Part shown: in pieces, positions 1-11,700 of the stretch
How positions within the stretch are numbered: position 1 is the first letter of the stretch
Layout of the letters: each line of letters opens with the position of its first letter
Assembly (NCBI GenBank): GCA_965644315.1
Contig: CBFFRQ010000093.1
Span: 124,001 to 188,000, forward strand
Direction: 5' to 3'
Length of the DNA stretch: 64,000 nucleotides
Source of the DNA: Caecitellus pseudoparvulus
Lineage: Eukaryota > Protista > Bigyra: Bicosoecida
Notes under the pieces: model-generated
The model's database searches: none
What the model was told of the DNA's origin: nothing
The model's input: only the letters and a program-made list of their open reading frames with translations
Program-made: the position numbers and the translations under genes

Positions 1-3000
1 AGATGAAGGTGGGCACTGGCTGCAGCCTGGAGAATGCAAGCAGCGCAGCAGAGACGCTGGGGCCGTTAAACGCTGCCGGGTTAGCGAGCAGGGGAGCAAC
101 TATAGCCTGCACGACGTCTCGCTGGAGGGCGTAAGGTGGCTTGCCTGCTGATTGGTACACGGTGCTGGCGGCGGCGCTGCTGGCAATGTGCTGCAGGGTT
201 AGGACAGGAGTGGGCATGGTGGCGCCGGTGCCGGGCGGCGTGGCCAGCGGCATGGGGGGCCTGCACGTGAGAGATGCAGGGAAGTCTGCTGTTGTGGCTG
301 CGAAGAGCCAAGCGAGGAGCACGCCTCTGTCCAGCGGGCAGGCGGGCCGGGCGGCAGTGGGCAGGGCTGGGGGCCTGAGGAGCAGCTGCACGGTGCTGGC
401 GCCGGCGTCAGCTTCGGCAAGGAAGCATGGCAGGAAGGCCAGGACATCGGCAGGCGGCAGGAATGGGAGCAGGGGGCGCATGACCGCCACGCCGTGCGCT
501 GGCACTTGCCGTGCAATGGTGGCCACGAGGTCTGGCGGCGCCAAGGCCGCCGCATCGCTGTGCAGGCGAGTGCCTGGCATGTGGCGCGGTGCGTCGGGCG
601 GGGGACTGGCGACGGCAGTTTGACACACCACCATCTCTGCCACCGCCGCAATGGCAGAGGGGATGGCTGGCTTGGGCAGCTCTGTGTCTTGCAGCCAGGC
701 AGGGCAGGGCAGCGCCAGCTCCGCATCCACACGCCAGGGCGAGGCCGTGCCCCCGCACGGCTGCGAGGCCAGGACGTGCTCCAGCACGAAAGTGGGGCCT
801 TTCTTCTTGGACAGGGCTTCGATCATGCGGCCTGCCTGGGTGATGATGGCCGCCCTGAGGTGGTCTGCCATCGGCGGCAGCTGTGACGGGGCGGATCCCC
901 TGAGCCCTCCCGCAGAAATGTACAGCACTGGTAGGAGGCGCAGCAGGGCTGGTGTGTGCAGGCACAGGAGCATGAAGGGCCCAAGCCTGCGCTTGGCGTC
1001 TGCAATGTCCCGAATGGGGCCCTCCAGTGCTGATCGGGCAGCAGCTTCTTGCTCGGTGGGTGTAAAGTCTGGTGCAGGGGCCAGCGGCAAGTGCAGGCGC
1101 TCTGGCTCGCCAGCGGCTCCGGCTCCTGCAGGTGCAAGTGGAAGCGTCAAGGACAAGGCAGCAGAGGCGGCAAACTGCAGCGTGGCTGCGCGGGAGGGCG
1201 CGCCGGCAGCAGCTGCCGCCAGCACCTCCTTGGCCGCCTTCTTGGCACTGCGTTCGGGTGCCGTGTGCGCAGCACACAGTGCCAGGTGCAGGAGGCGCTC
1301 AGCCAGTCGAGGGCGCAGCTTGCGCAGCTTTGCGAGAGCATGGAAGCCGGCTGTCGCGGCGGTCGCCTGCTCTGACCACAGGAGAAGGCACAGGGCGTCG
1401 GCGAGGGCGTCTACCGGGAGGCTGGGCAGTGCCAAGGCCACGTCAAGGAAGAAGGTCTTGGCCCCGTCTGTCGACAGGCCTGAAGCACCGTCGCTGCCAG
1501 GCCCTGTGCCATCTGCCACCACACAGGTAGCCACCGCCCGGAGCAGGCGCTGCACCACTTGGCCGTACAGCTCGGGGGGAGGGGCACCTCCCAGGGCAGC
1601 GGCGGCCCACACTCGCGTGGCGAGCAGCACCCCCGCATCGGCGCCGACGGAGACATTCGCACACACTGCATCCGTGAGCAATGAGACTCGCTTCGCGATG
1701 AGCGCTGAAACTGCTTCTGCTGGGAGCCTGTCAGGCGTTGCTGGCTGCCCGGCCGCGGCGTGGACGGCATCCCGCACCAGCTGCCCCGTGGGGTCAGTCG
1801 CCCAGGAAATGGCGTGCTGCCACAGCAGCAGCGCCCCAGCGTGGCCGCAGTGTTCGATGCCCTCCATCCTGCTTTGACTGACCATGCGTTCGAAGCAGTG
1901 CTCGGCAAAGTCCTCCGCTGCTCCAGCGTCCAGGCGCTGCAGCTGCCCAGAGAACGCTGACACACCGGTCTGCCCCGTGCCCCGCCAGTCACTGCCGCCA
2001 GCTGCGATGCGGGGATCGCTCACAGCCACGGGGCCTTCCTCTGCAGGCACGGCATCTGCGGCTTCCTCGTGGATGGCGGCGGTGGGGGGGGCGAACGGGT
2101 CGTCGTCGTCCTGCCCCGCATCGTCCTCCACGCCCAAGCGCGCTGCGTACGATGCGCCAGCGTGCAGCTGTGGCAAGTCGGGGAGCGCTGCCACAGGGTC
2201 TGGTTTGGGGGCGGGTGCTGTCGCTGCCAGCTGCTGCACGACTGCCGGCTGGATGGTGACCCTGGCGGCCCGCGCCAGGGCTCTGGGGCGAATGGTGTCC
2301 CCCATCACCGTGAGGCAGGCACCCAGGTCTGCAGCAAAGGAAGCGGCGGCGTCAGACTTCATGAGGCGCACCAGGGCGGCGCGGACTGCCGTCGAGAGAG
2401 TGGGGTGCATGCGCTTGGCCAGGGGCGAAGCGGCCTGGGACACCGTCGGGCGCATGGCCTCTGCGGGGTACTGCACCATGCTGGCCAGCGCCCCCGCCAC
2501 CTGCTGCATGGTGGCGGGGCGCAAGGTGGCGATGCGGGCGACGGTGGAGACCAGTATTGCCAGCGTGGACGCTGTCCAGGCCTGCTGGTTGGCTGGCTGG
2601 CTCAGCACAGCCACGAGGGCAGTCATGGTCTTCCCCGCCGCGTCGGCCAGCATCGCGCGGTGCAGCAGCATGTGCGTGGCGGGGATGTCGTCTGCCGTGA
2701 AGGCGTCAGGCCCAGTCATGACCACGGCAGCTGTCTTGCTGCCTGCAGCTGCCACCAGGGACCGGCTGTGCCTGCTGCGGTGCGTGAGGGCCAGCACGAC
2801 CGTGGACAGGAAGCGCACGATGGCGAAGTGAACTGGGGAGGGGGTGGAGGGGTCCACAAGGCGCTGCTGAGCAGCAGCCCTGATCAGCGTCAGGCGGTCC
2901 CACATCTCCTTCAGCAGCACGGGCGTCGGCTGGGGAGCGGGCGCCCCAGTCAAGGGGTGCACCACCAGCATGCGCATGGCAAAGCGAAAGATGTTGTTCA

Positions 3001-3483
3001 AGACGCTGAAGACGCGGGCCAAGACAAGTGGGTGCTCATCTCCGACCATGGAGTACAGCTGGTGCACGACCACTGGGATTCCTGTGGCGAGGGGGGGAGG
3101 AGCGGTGGTGGTGGGGTGCGGTCAAAGTCCGCACACCAGCGCCTGGCCCCACGTACTCAACGGGTACTTGACACACACTCGTTCGAGGAACTGGCACAGC
3201 ACGTATCTCACGTGCTCCCCGGAGTCTCCCTGTGAACCGGAACGCAGTGGGCAGGGCGCCGTGGCCAGGCCGGGCGGCAAGCTCGCCTGCCTGTCCCACG
3301 CACCCGCAGCAGCCCAGCGAAGCGTTCCAGGTGACTGATGAGCAGGGCCTCCTGGCCAGTCGCCAAGAGCAACTCTGTGCACTTCTTGAATGCAGCTGCC
3401 CGCTCAGGGGCGTCGCTCATTGCCCTTGCAGCGTGGATGAGGGCGACCAAGCGGCCCTCCTGCGAGGCAGGCATGCCCGCCAT
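1..3483 (-). CDS. SYMPK: Symplekin/Pta1-like 3'-end processing scaffold (3' end runs off the window; introns in the 5' part)
   Basis: Start MAGMPASQEGRLVALIHAA at 3483. The minus frame with codons at 2-4, 5-7, etc. is open to the window edge, so the ORF track omits it. It reads FAIVRFLSTVVLALT...FTADDIPATHMLL (like the symplekin N-domain SLDxIPxxHP) and, at the edge, LLAFSRLQPVPTFI (like the symplekin C-domain PLPxLxMRT). The long + ORFs here are antisense shadows. Confidence 0.65.
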
Positions 3484-3680
3484 GGTCACGGGCAGCGCCT
3501 GTGGCACTTTGCGGCTGGGACTCAAACACCAGACGCTGCGCCGTTCGGGACTTCGCGGGCCCAAGCTTGGCAAGCAGTTGCAGCCCCTGCCGAGGCACTC
3601 GTGCGGGGAAGTGCGTGTAATTTGGCTGCAGCTTGCCCGCGTGTTGGGCAGACTTTGGCCAGGCAGCGTAGCAAAGTGTC

Positions 3681-5166
3681 ATGGGGGCCGGCAGGATGTG
3701 GCTGGGCGTGGCCCTGCTGGCGGCCACTGCTGCTTTGGTCTCCGCTGAGTCTTGGTTCCGCGTCCGCCACAATGCTCAGCAGCTGTTCAACAAGCTGGCT
3801 GCAAGTGAGGGCGCGGCCTGCTGTGCTTGCGAGCGAGCACCGCTGCCTGCACTGCTCCCGCCCCCCCTGCAGCCAAGGAATCTTTTAGGCAGGACACTGC
3901 AACAGCCGCTAAGAATGCGCTCATGGATGCCATTGTCAGCCAAGAACGCGCCGTGGGATCGATCGTTGACACGCTGCATGGGTTCGACAGGTGCGTGGCG
4001 TTTCACCCCAAAACGCAGGCCTTTGCCCCACCGCGACACCGCCGCCTCCACGCTTTCGCTGCAGCGGTGGGCCGTCCAGCTCGAGTGCTCTACTTGCGTT
4101 TGTTGGTCCGACCGGAGTGGGGAAGACTGTCGCAGCCCACACTGTAGCCAGGGCAGTGCTGTCGTCATCCATGTGGTCTCATGGTGAGGCAATGATCCTG
4201 TCCATGCGAGGGGAGCACTTTGCCGCCTCAGGGACGACGGATCAGGGCCAGCAGCTGGCAGACTTTCGATCAACCCTTGCACGGCACTTGATGTCCACGG
4301 GCGGCTTCGCCGTGGTCATCGTGGACGAGGCGCAGAAGATGTCCCCAGGCGTCCTGGATGCGCTGCTGCCGTTCCTGGACACGCAGCACCCGCACAGCAT
4401 GCAGATCGACGGGACGACACAGAGGATCCCTGTGCGTCGCATCCTCGCCGTGCTCGTGTCTGACATGGGCACCAAGGTAGTGGCAGACCTCCTCGCCAAG
4501 GGGGCCAGCCGTGGCCACATGCAGGCGGCGCTGCGGGAGAACCTGGCCCACGTTGCTCCGTGGGGCGGCTCAGCGCTGGCGTCCAGGGTCACGACACTGG
4601 TGCCCTTCCTGCCTCTGGGCCCCGGACACATCGCCACCGTCGCAGGGCTCTTCTTGCGGCGCCTGCAGTCCAGCTGGGCGCTGGACGTGCCTGGCCGCAG
4701 CCCCGCCAGCCTGGACGTTGGACCCCAGGTGCATGCGCTCATGGCGTACTATGTGAAGTTCAAGCTGCTCAAGGGTGCTGGGGGGCAGGACGGCTTCATC
4801 TTGTCGCAGTACGGCGCAAGGCCCGTGCACATGCACGATGAGGGCCCCTTGCGGCGACTGCAGGCCAAGCTCTTCGCCCTGACACCAGCCCTGCAGGCAC
4901 AAGCCCAGGCTGCACCTCCAGGCAACTTGACGGTCCGAGTGGAAGTGGATTGGGGGCAGCAGGAGGAGCCGTCCTTGGACTGGGTGGCGGAGGACGACGT
5001 GTCCAAGGCTGCTTGGCTCACGTTCACACAGGCTGCAGCTGCCGGGCAGCTGCACATCTCGTTGTGCGCGCAAGCTGAGGCGACTGTGGACCCGCATGGG
5101 GGCGTTCTCCACGCAGGGCCGGCTTGCGCAGCCCCTGTGTGGAGTGGCACCCTCGCGGCAACTTAG
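3681..5166 (+). CDS. Torsin-like secretory-pathway AAA+ ATPase; introns 3805-3872 and 3991-4064
   Basis: Signal peptide MGAGRMWLGVALLAATAALVSA. Walker A GPTGVGKT, Walker B VVIVDEAQKM followed by LDALLPFLD, sensor-1 LVSDMG, LVPFLPL, and sensor-2 YGARPV. Both GT-AG introns restore the frame. Confidence 0.75.
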
Positions 5167-5368
5167 ACTGCCAGCTGGGTTCTTGCACGTGAGGATTGAC
5201 GGGGCAACCCCCCGTGTGAGCAATACAGCCACTGGGTGCCACTTTGCCTACTTCACATTTGGGCACATTTTATTAAACTCATTTCCCCCTCGCCGCCTGC
5301 AGACTTGGCTTGCAAGCTGAACGAAACGCGCGTGAAACACGCGCCCAGCTGCCTCCCAACCCACCCAC

Positions 5369-5762
5369 ATGGCAGATGCCTCTCCAGCAGCTGCACCGGG
5401 TCCAACTGCCCACTCTCGAAGTGAAGATGTGCGTTCAAGGCACAAGCTCCAGCGACTCCCCGAAGCCTGCTCTGCATCCAGGCCGCACCACATGCGTATG
5501 CACAGGCCTGTGGTCAGCTGAGAGCAGCCAGCTACAAGTGCTCCGAAGCACACCACGCGACCCGGGAGGTGCACTGCGCCAAGGAATTCGACGATGTACG
5601 TTCACAATGCCTGTGCACTTCTTGCACGCTGCCGCCCACGGCTGCTCACTGCCTGCACAGTACAAGCGCTGCATCAAGGAGGAGGCCGAGCGCAAGCGGC
5701 GCTTCCGGGCTCGCCGGGCACAAGCGCAAGCAGCCTCCAAGGGCGGCGGGTGGTTTTCCTAG
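5369..5762 (+). CDS. COX23: Twin CX9C mitochondrial IMS protein, COX23/CHCHD7-like; exons 5369-5428, 5506-5595, 5661-5762
   Basis: Spliced product contains C-GQLRAASYK-C...C-AKEFDDYKR-C followed by a basic tail. Introns are GT-AG, phase 0. Confidence 0.7.
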
Positions 5763-5772
5763 GCTGCATCGC

Positions 5773-5786
5773 AATGCATGTGCATT
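5773..5786. terminator. Back-to-back AATGCA / TGCATT, candidate 3'-end signals (COX23/CHD)
   Basis: One copy per strand within the 26-bp gap between the stops at 5762 and 5789. Confidence 0.5.
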
Positions 5787-5788
5787 TC

Positions 5789-8700
5789 TCACAAGTGCAG
5801 GCTGCCTGCTGGTGCCGGCGCCACAGCTGCCGGCGGCGGGCTGGAAGTCGTCTGGGCCGGCTCGCTGCTCGCAGCAGGCGCAGCACTGGCGGACGGCGGC
5901 ACCCCTGGCACTGCAGAAAGGTCAGGTTGGGCCCCAGGTGCCGCAGGCGTGAGCCCTGGCAGACTGCTGCCTGCTGGCTGTGCCAAGGGCACTGGCCCAG
6001 CTGGAGTGGGGGACGGTGTGGGGGACGGCGCCAGGGGGGACATGGGCGTCGCTGACGCTTGCATGTCTGTCGCAGTGGTGCTGGGCGTCGCGCTGCCGTC
6101 GTCCGCGTCGCCGCTGGCCTGGCTGGCGGCAGTGCTGGCGTCTGTGTCTGCCTTTTTCTTGGGGGTCTTGCGAGCGCGCTTGGCGGGTGTCTCCGCGCCG
6201 GGCAGACCGAGAGCCTCCTGCCGGAAAGCCTTGAGCACCACCCGGCGGTGGCGCAAGCGTGCCTTGTTCTCGTCCACCGCCAGCTCGCCCTCGTCCGCCT
6301 CCTGCACCTTGCCGTCCGGCGAGATGCGGGCAGGGTGTACGGCCTCCCCTGCAGTGACCAGCTGCAGGGAGTGCGCGCCGCGGCCAGGCACCTCCACCTG
6401 CTCCGTGGCGTCCCAATCCTCCCACCGCACCAGCGCCGCCCCCACCGCGACGGAGTAGTCTTTCCACTTGCCAGTGATGCGCACGCGCACCTTGGAGTGG
6501 TAGGGCGCCACCGCCTTGCCCTCCAGCTCTGCCTGTCGCTCCGCCTTGACGAAGGACTGCGCCCACGCCTCCTTGGCCTCCGCCTTGGCCAGCACGATGG
6601 CGTACTTCTCAGCCAGCCGCGCCAACTGGTCGGCACGGTGGTGGGGGCACAGGAAGCGCCGGCTGTCGGCAGTCTCCCCTGCGTAGTACTCGATGGTACC
6701 CACGATGCTCTCCGTGTCGCTGTGGTCATCATCGTCCACTGCCGGTGGCGCCGGTGTGCGGGGCCGTTTGCGTGATTCGCCGCCCACGCTCGCAGCGCCA
6801 CCACTGGGCGGCACAGGGGGGCCTGCCCCTGAGCCAGATGCCGCGCTCGGGGGTGGCATGGCGCCCAAGCTGGCCACACCAGGCAGCACCCTCAGGGGGC
6901 TGGGTGGCGGCACCCCCGTCGGCACAGAGGCTGGCGGTGGCATGGCCCCTGCCAGCACACCAGCCTGACCAAAGGCTGCCGGCAGTGTGCCGGGTGCAGG
7001 ACTGGGGCTGGGGCTGGGGCTGGGGCTTGGAGGGGGGTCTTTCGCGGCCTTCTTGGCAGCCTCTGCCGCCTCGGCCTTGGCAGCCGCCTCGCGAGCCTCC
7101 ATGACGAACGGCGGCACCGGCAGCGGCCCGTCACGCGCCTCGGCGAACTTCTTCACCGCCCGCAGCGTGCCGGCCTCTGAGTCCTCCTGCACGCCGAAGC
7201 GCCAGCCGTGGCGGCCAGAGTACATGGCGCACTTCAAGTGGAACGAGCGCCCACAACGCCGGACGTGGCAGCCGATGGTGGCGCCAGACAGCTTGCAGCC
7301 GGCGCACTTGATTTCCCGCCCTCGCCGCACAGCCGACAGGACGCCGCAGTACTCCTTCTTCTCGTTCTGGAACACCTCTGGGCTGGCCTCGGCACAGTGC
7401 TTGTGCACAAACACCCTCGCCTTGGCGGCGCCCTTGCCCTCCCCCTCGTCGTCGTCGTCGTCCTCTGTGACCAGGAACGGCGGCAAGAACATGCCGGTGT
7501 CCTCGTCGTACGAGCCGTCGTCCTCTGCCACGGGCGTCTCGGGCGTCTCCAGGCCCTGGGCCACGCGCCACTCGTGGATGCGGCGCTCGACACCCTTCAC
7601 CACGAAGGCGTTGTGGCACAGCGCGCAAGAGAGCGGCACACGTCGGCGGGTGGTGGTGCCATCTGCCGCTGTCACGGTCTCCCAGGCAGCGTCGTCGTCC
7701 CAGCCTTCGTCCACCGGGTCGGGAGAGTTGGGGTCCGCCTTCTCGGGCTCAAGGGACGCCGCCCCGCCCTTCTTCTTGCCCTTGCCCTTGCCGCGCCCCT
7801 TGCCCTTGCCCTTGCCCTTGGAGGACGCCGTCTCCATCTCAGCCCGCCGCGCCGCCACAGCCGCCTCCATCACGGTTGAGTACGCCGTGCGGGAGTACTT
7901 GTACTTGCCCAGCCCCTTGTAGTCCTCGTACACAGGCGGGTGTGCCTTCTCCATGGCCAGGAGGTACTTCTGGAAGAGGCTGCGCAGGCGGTAGGTGCTG
8001 CTGGTCTCAGAGGTGGCGTAGTTGGGCAGGCGCTTGAACATGGACAGCCAGGAGCCAGTGGTCTTGCATGCCCGCTCAAAACCATTGAAGCGCGCGACCT
8101 CCTTCCACAGCTGCCACAGGTCCAGGGGGCGGCCGCCGATGACAGGCGCCCACTTGATGTCCCCCTTCCGCATGTTGCCTGCCTTGATCTCCGCCTCCAG
8201 CACCTGGGGCAGGAGCTCCCAGAACTTCAGGCGCTTCGCCTCCAGGGCCTTGGGGGCGATGGCGGAGCCTGCCCTGGCGCCAGCGTCGGCACCCCCACTC
8301 TCCGGGTCAAACTCCGGCACGGTGAAGCCAAAGGGCACGCGGGGGACGCTCACGGACTTGGTGGGCTTCTTGGCGGGCTTGGAGGCAGCCTTGCTCACGT
8401 CTGCTTCCTCGTCGCCCTCGTCCACGCCCTCCTCGTCCGAGGAGCTGTCGCTGATGTCGCTGCCGAGGAAGTCGTCCTTGTCGCGGCGCCGCTTGCGGCC
8501 GCCCAGCACGTCGTCCGCGTCGCCGTAGTCGCGGAACACCTGCGTGCGGCTGCGCTGCACGGACAGCTGCTCCGACAAGGCGGCCGCCCGAGCGCGGTGC
8601 TCCTCGCTGAAGGTGGAGGCCATGGCTGAGATCTGCACCAGCAGGCGGCGCGTGGTGCTGAGCTCGCTCTCGATCATGGCGCCCACGCCGCCCTCGCCCT

Positions 8701-11700
8701 TCTCCTCATCCCGTGACTTGACCAGGCCCTGCACCAGCTCCGCCACGTCATCCATGAAGGCGGCGCGGGACTCCTCGCTGACGACAGCCGTGCCGGCGCC
8801 GATGGTGGCCTTTTTCTTGCGCCCGCGCTTCTTGCCGGGCACGGCGGGAGACGCCTCCGCCACGCCGTTCAGCCGGCCCAGCAGCTTGGTGGCACTCTGG
8901 AACCCCGGCAGCACCTTCTCCCAGAAGTCGTCAGCGTTCATGTCCAACGCGCCCTCACCCTTGGCTTCGTCCAGCGTGAAGGACGTCTTGAACACGCCAC
9001 TCTGTTTGCCGGAGGAGGCGTCCAGCTCGATGGTGCGGGTGTTGCGGGCCAGCAACTCGTCGATGCTGCTCTCCTGGAACTGCCGGCTCTCCTCGTCCTC
9101 CGCTTCGTCCCCCGCCAGGATGCCGTAGGCGCCATGGCGCAGCAGCGCCTCCAGCTCCTGCGGGGACAGGGCGGGCCGGCCGCCCTTCTTGCGGGACATG
9201 CTGGCGCCTGCCGCCGCGGCACCGGGGCCGCCTGCGCCGAGGACGGCCTGGTCCAGCGCCAGTTTGCGGCTGGCTTTGTCGAACATCTTGGCTTCGTACG
9301 TGTTGCGGGTGAGCAGGCGGTACACCTTCACCTCGTTGGTCTGCCCGATGCGGTGGGCGCGGGCAGTGGCCTGGATGTCGTTCTGGGGGTTCCAGTCGCT
9401 GTCGAAGATGATGACGGTGTCGGCCGCCGTCAAGTTGATGCCCACGCCGCCTGCCCGCGTGGACAGCAGGAAGACGAAGCGCGAGTCGTCATTCTGGAAG
9501 CGGTCAATGGCTGCCTGGCGGGTGCTGCCGTGCACACTGCCGTCCAGGCGCTCGTACAGGAAGCGGCGGGAGCGGCAGTAGTCCTCCAGGATGTCCAGCA
9601 TGCGCACCATCTGGGAGAAGATGAGCACCTTGTGCCCCTCCGCCTTGAGCTTGGGCAGCAGCTTGTCCAGCAGCACCAGCTTGCCGGAGGAGGCCACCAG
9701 GCGCTCCATGCGCTTCTGGGCAGCGGCGTAGTGCCCCGCCTCCTCCGCCGTCATGGTGGCGTCAGAGCCCTGCGCAGTGACCTCCGCGGCTGCCTTCTCG
9801 GCGGCAGCCTTCACGTCGTCTTCCACCAGGCGCTGGTCCTTCTCCTCCACGCCCTGGATGAGGTAGGGGTGGTTGCAGCACTTGCGCAGCTGGATCTCGA
9901 TGTTGGTGAGGGCGGGCACGTTGGACTTGTCGCAGCCGCGGTACAGGAACACGCGGTTCTTCTCGAAGATGGCGCGGTAGTACTGCTTCTGCAGCATGGT
10001 CAGGGACACGTCGATGATGGTCTCCTCCTTTTTGGGGATGCTCTTCTCCACATCCTCCTTCACGCGGCGCAGGATGTGCGGGGCGATGTCCGCCTGCAGC
10101 CGCGACACCTGGTCCTTGCTCGTCAAGTTGCCGTAGGCGGCGTTCCACTGCTCCTCCTCCCCGAACTTGTCCGGCTCCAGCCAGTGCAGGAGGGACCACA
10201 GCTCCCGGGTGTTGTTCTGCAGGGGCGTGCCCGTCAGGAGCAGGCGGAAGCCAGTGCTGAGCTCCAGCATGACCTCCTTGATGCGGGAGGCGGCACCCCG
10301 CAGGCGATGCCCCTCATCCACCACCACCGCCCGCCACGGCACGGCCTTCAGGTACTCCTCGTCGGAGATGGCCACCTCGTACGTCGTGATGATGACGTGT
10401 GCCTTGAGGACGTTGGTGGCGTAGCCCTGGTAGAACCAGTCCCACTGCCGGATGAAGGCACGCAGGTCCTTGCCGCGCTGGCCGCTGGGGCCGGCGCCGC
10501 TGGCGTGGTACACCACCCCGTACATCTCCCCGCTGGCCCACGCGTCCACCTCGCGCTTCCAGTGCTGCAGGGTGGACAGGGGCGCCACGATGAGGAAGGG
10601 CCCCCGCAGGCCCCCCGCCTTGAACAGGTGGTACAGGAACGTCACCGTCTGCGCCGTCTTGCCCAGCCCCATCTCATCTGCCAGGATGACGTTGCGCCGG
10701 CTGTGGTACGCTGAGATGAGCCAGTTCAGGCCCTGCACCTGGTAGTCCCGCAGGCGCCGCCCGCCGCCGTACTCAATGCTGCTCTGGTATGGCATGATGC
10801 TGCGGGGGTCGCGTGCCTGGATGGGCTGGGGTGGGGACGGGTCTCGGTCGCTCACCCACACACTGGCGTGCCTGCGGGAGGTGAAGCGGCAGCGCAGGCC
10901 CCGCCGAGTGCGCACCGTGGTGGGGGACAGGTTGTGGATGTCCTCCACTGTGAAGCCCGCTCCGCCGATGCCCCGAGTGCCAGGGTCGGCCAGCATGGAC
11001 TCGCCGGGGGGCGGCGCCGCCCTCGCCAGCTCCACGCCCACCCCTGCGCCGCCGCCAGACGGTGACGGCTCCACGTGCACCGCCACGCCGGAGCTGCTGG
11101 GGAACATCTTGCTGGCGTCGGAGTGGATGCAGGCCAGCCACGCCTGGCAGGCGGCCGTGTACAGACTGGCGTAGGCAGGGGGCAGAGTGCCCCCCGGCGC
11201 GACGGCGTGTGTCAGAGCGTGCCCCAGCAAGGACACCGGCGCAGCGAGGGGCGCCCACTGGCCGCCCAGGAAAGCATAGGTCAAGCGCCCCATGTCGCGC
11301 AGCGTGAGGGGCTGCTGGGCGGGGGCATCCCCTGCGCCGGCAGCGGGGGCGCCAGAGACAGCAGCAACGGCGGCAGACCCCACGTCATGTGCTGCAGGCA
11401 GCCACTCATCCACTGTCCCGGTGGCGTCTGCCGAGGGCGCGAACAGGTGCACTGGCAGGCCGGGGTGGCCAGGCGCCGGCGTGACGGGCATGGCGCTGAG
11501 GGGCCTGTCGCCTGCCGTGGCCAGGTGCGTGCCCTCCGGCGTGTCAAACGGCGGGGAGGCAGACACCGGCGCCAGGCGCAGGCGCACCTTGAGGGGGAAG
11601 GCATCCGCCGTGCCCTGCACAGCTGCAGGCAGCGGGGAGGTGACGGCCCAGCAGGAGGTGGGCGTCGGCGGCACCCGAGCCAGCTCTGGCGCGGCATCCA

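Noticed and set aside
141-3235. Long plus-strand ORFs (e.g. 651-1877, 1884-2831, 2069-3235) and the many similar overlapping ORFs elsewhere
   Set aside because: They are stop-poor shadow frames caused by high GC; the real product is on the opposite strand.
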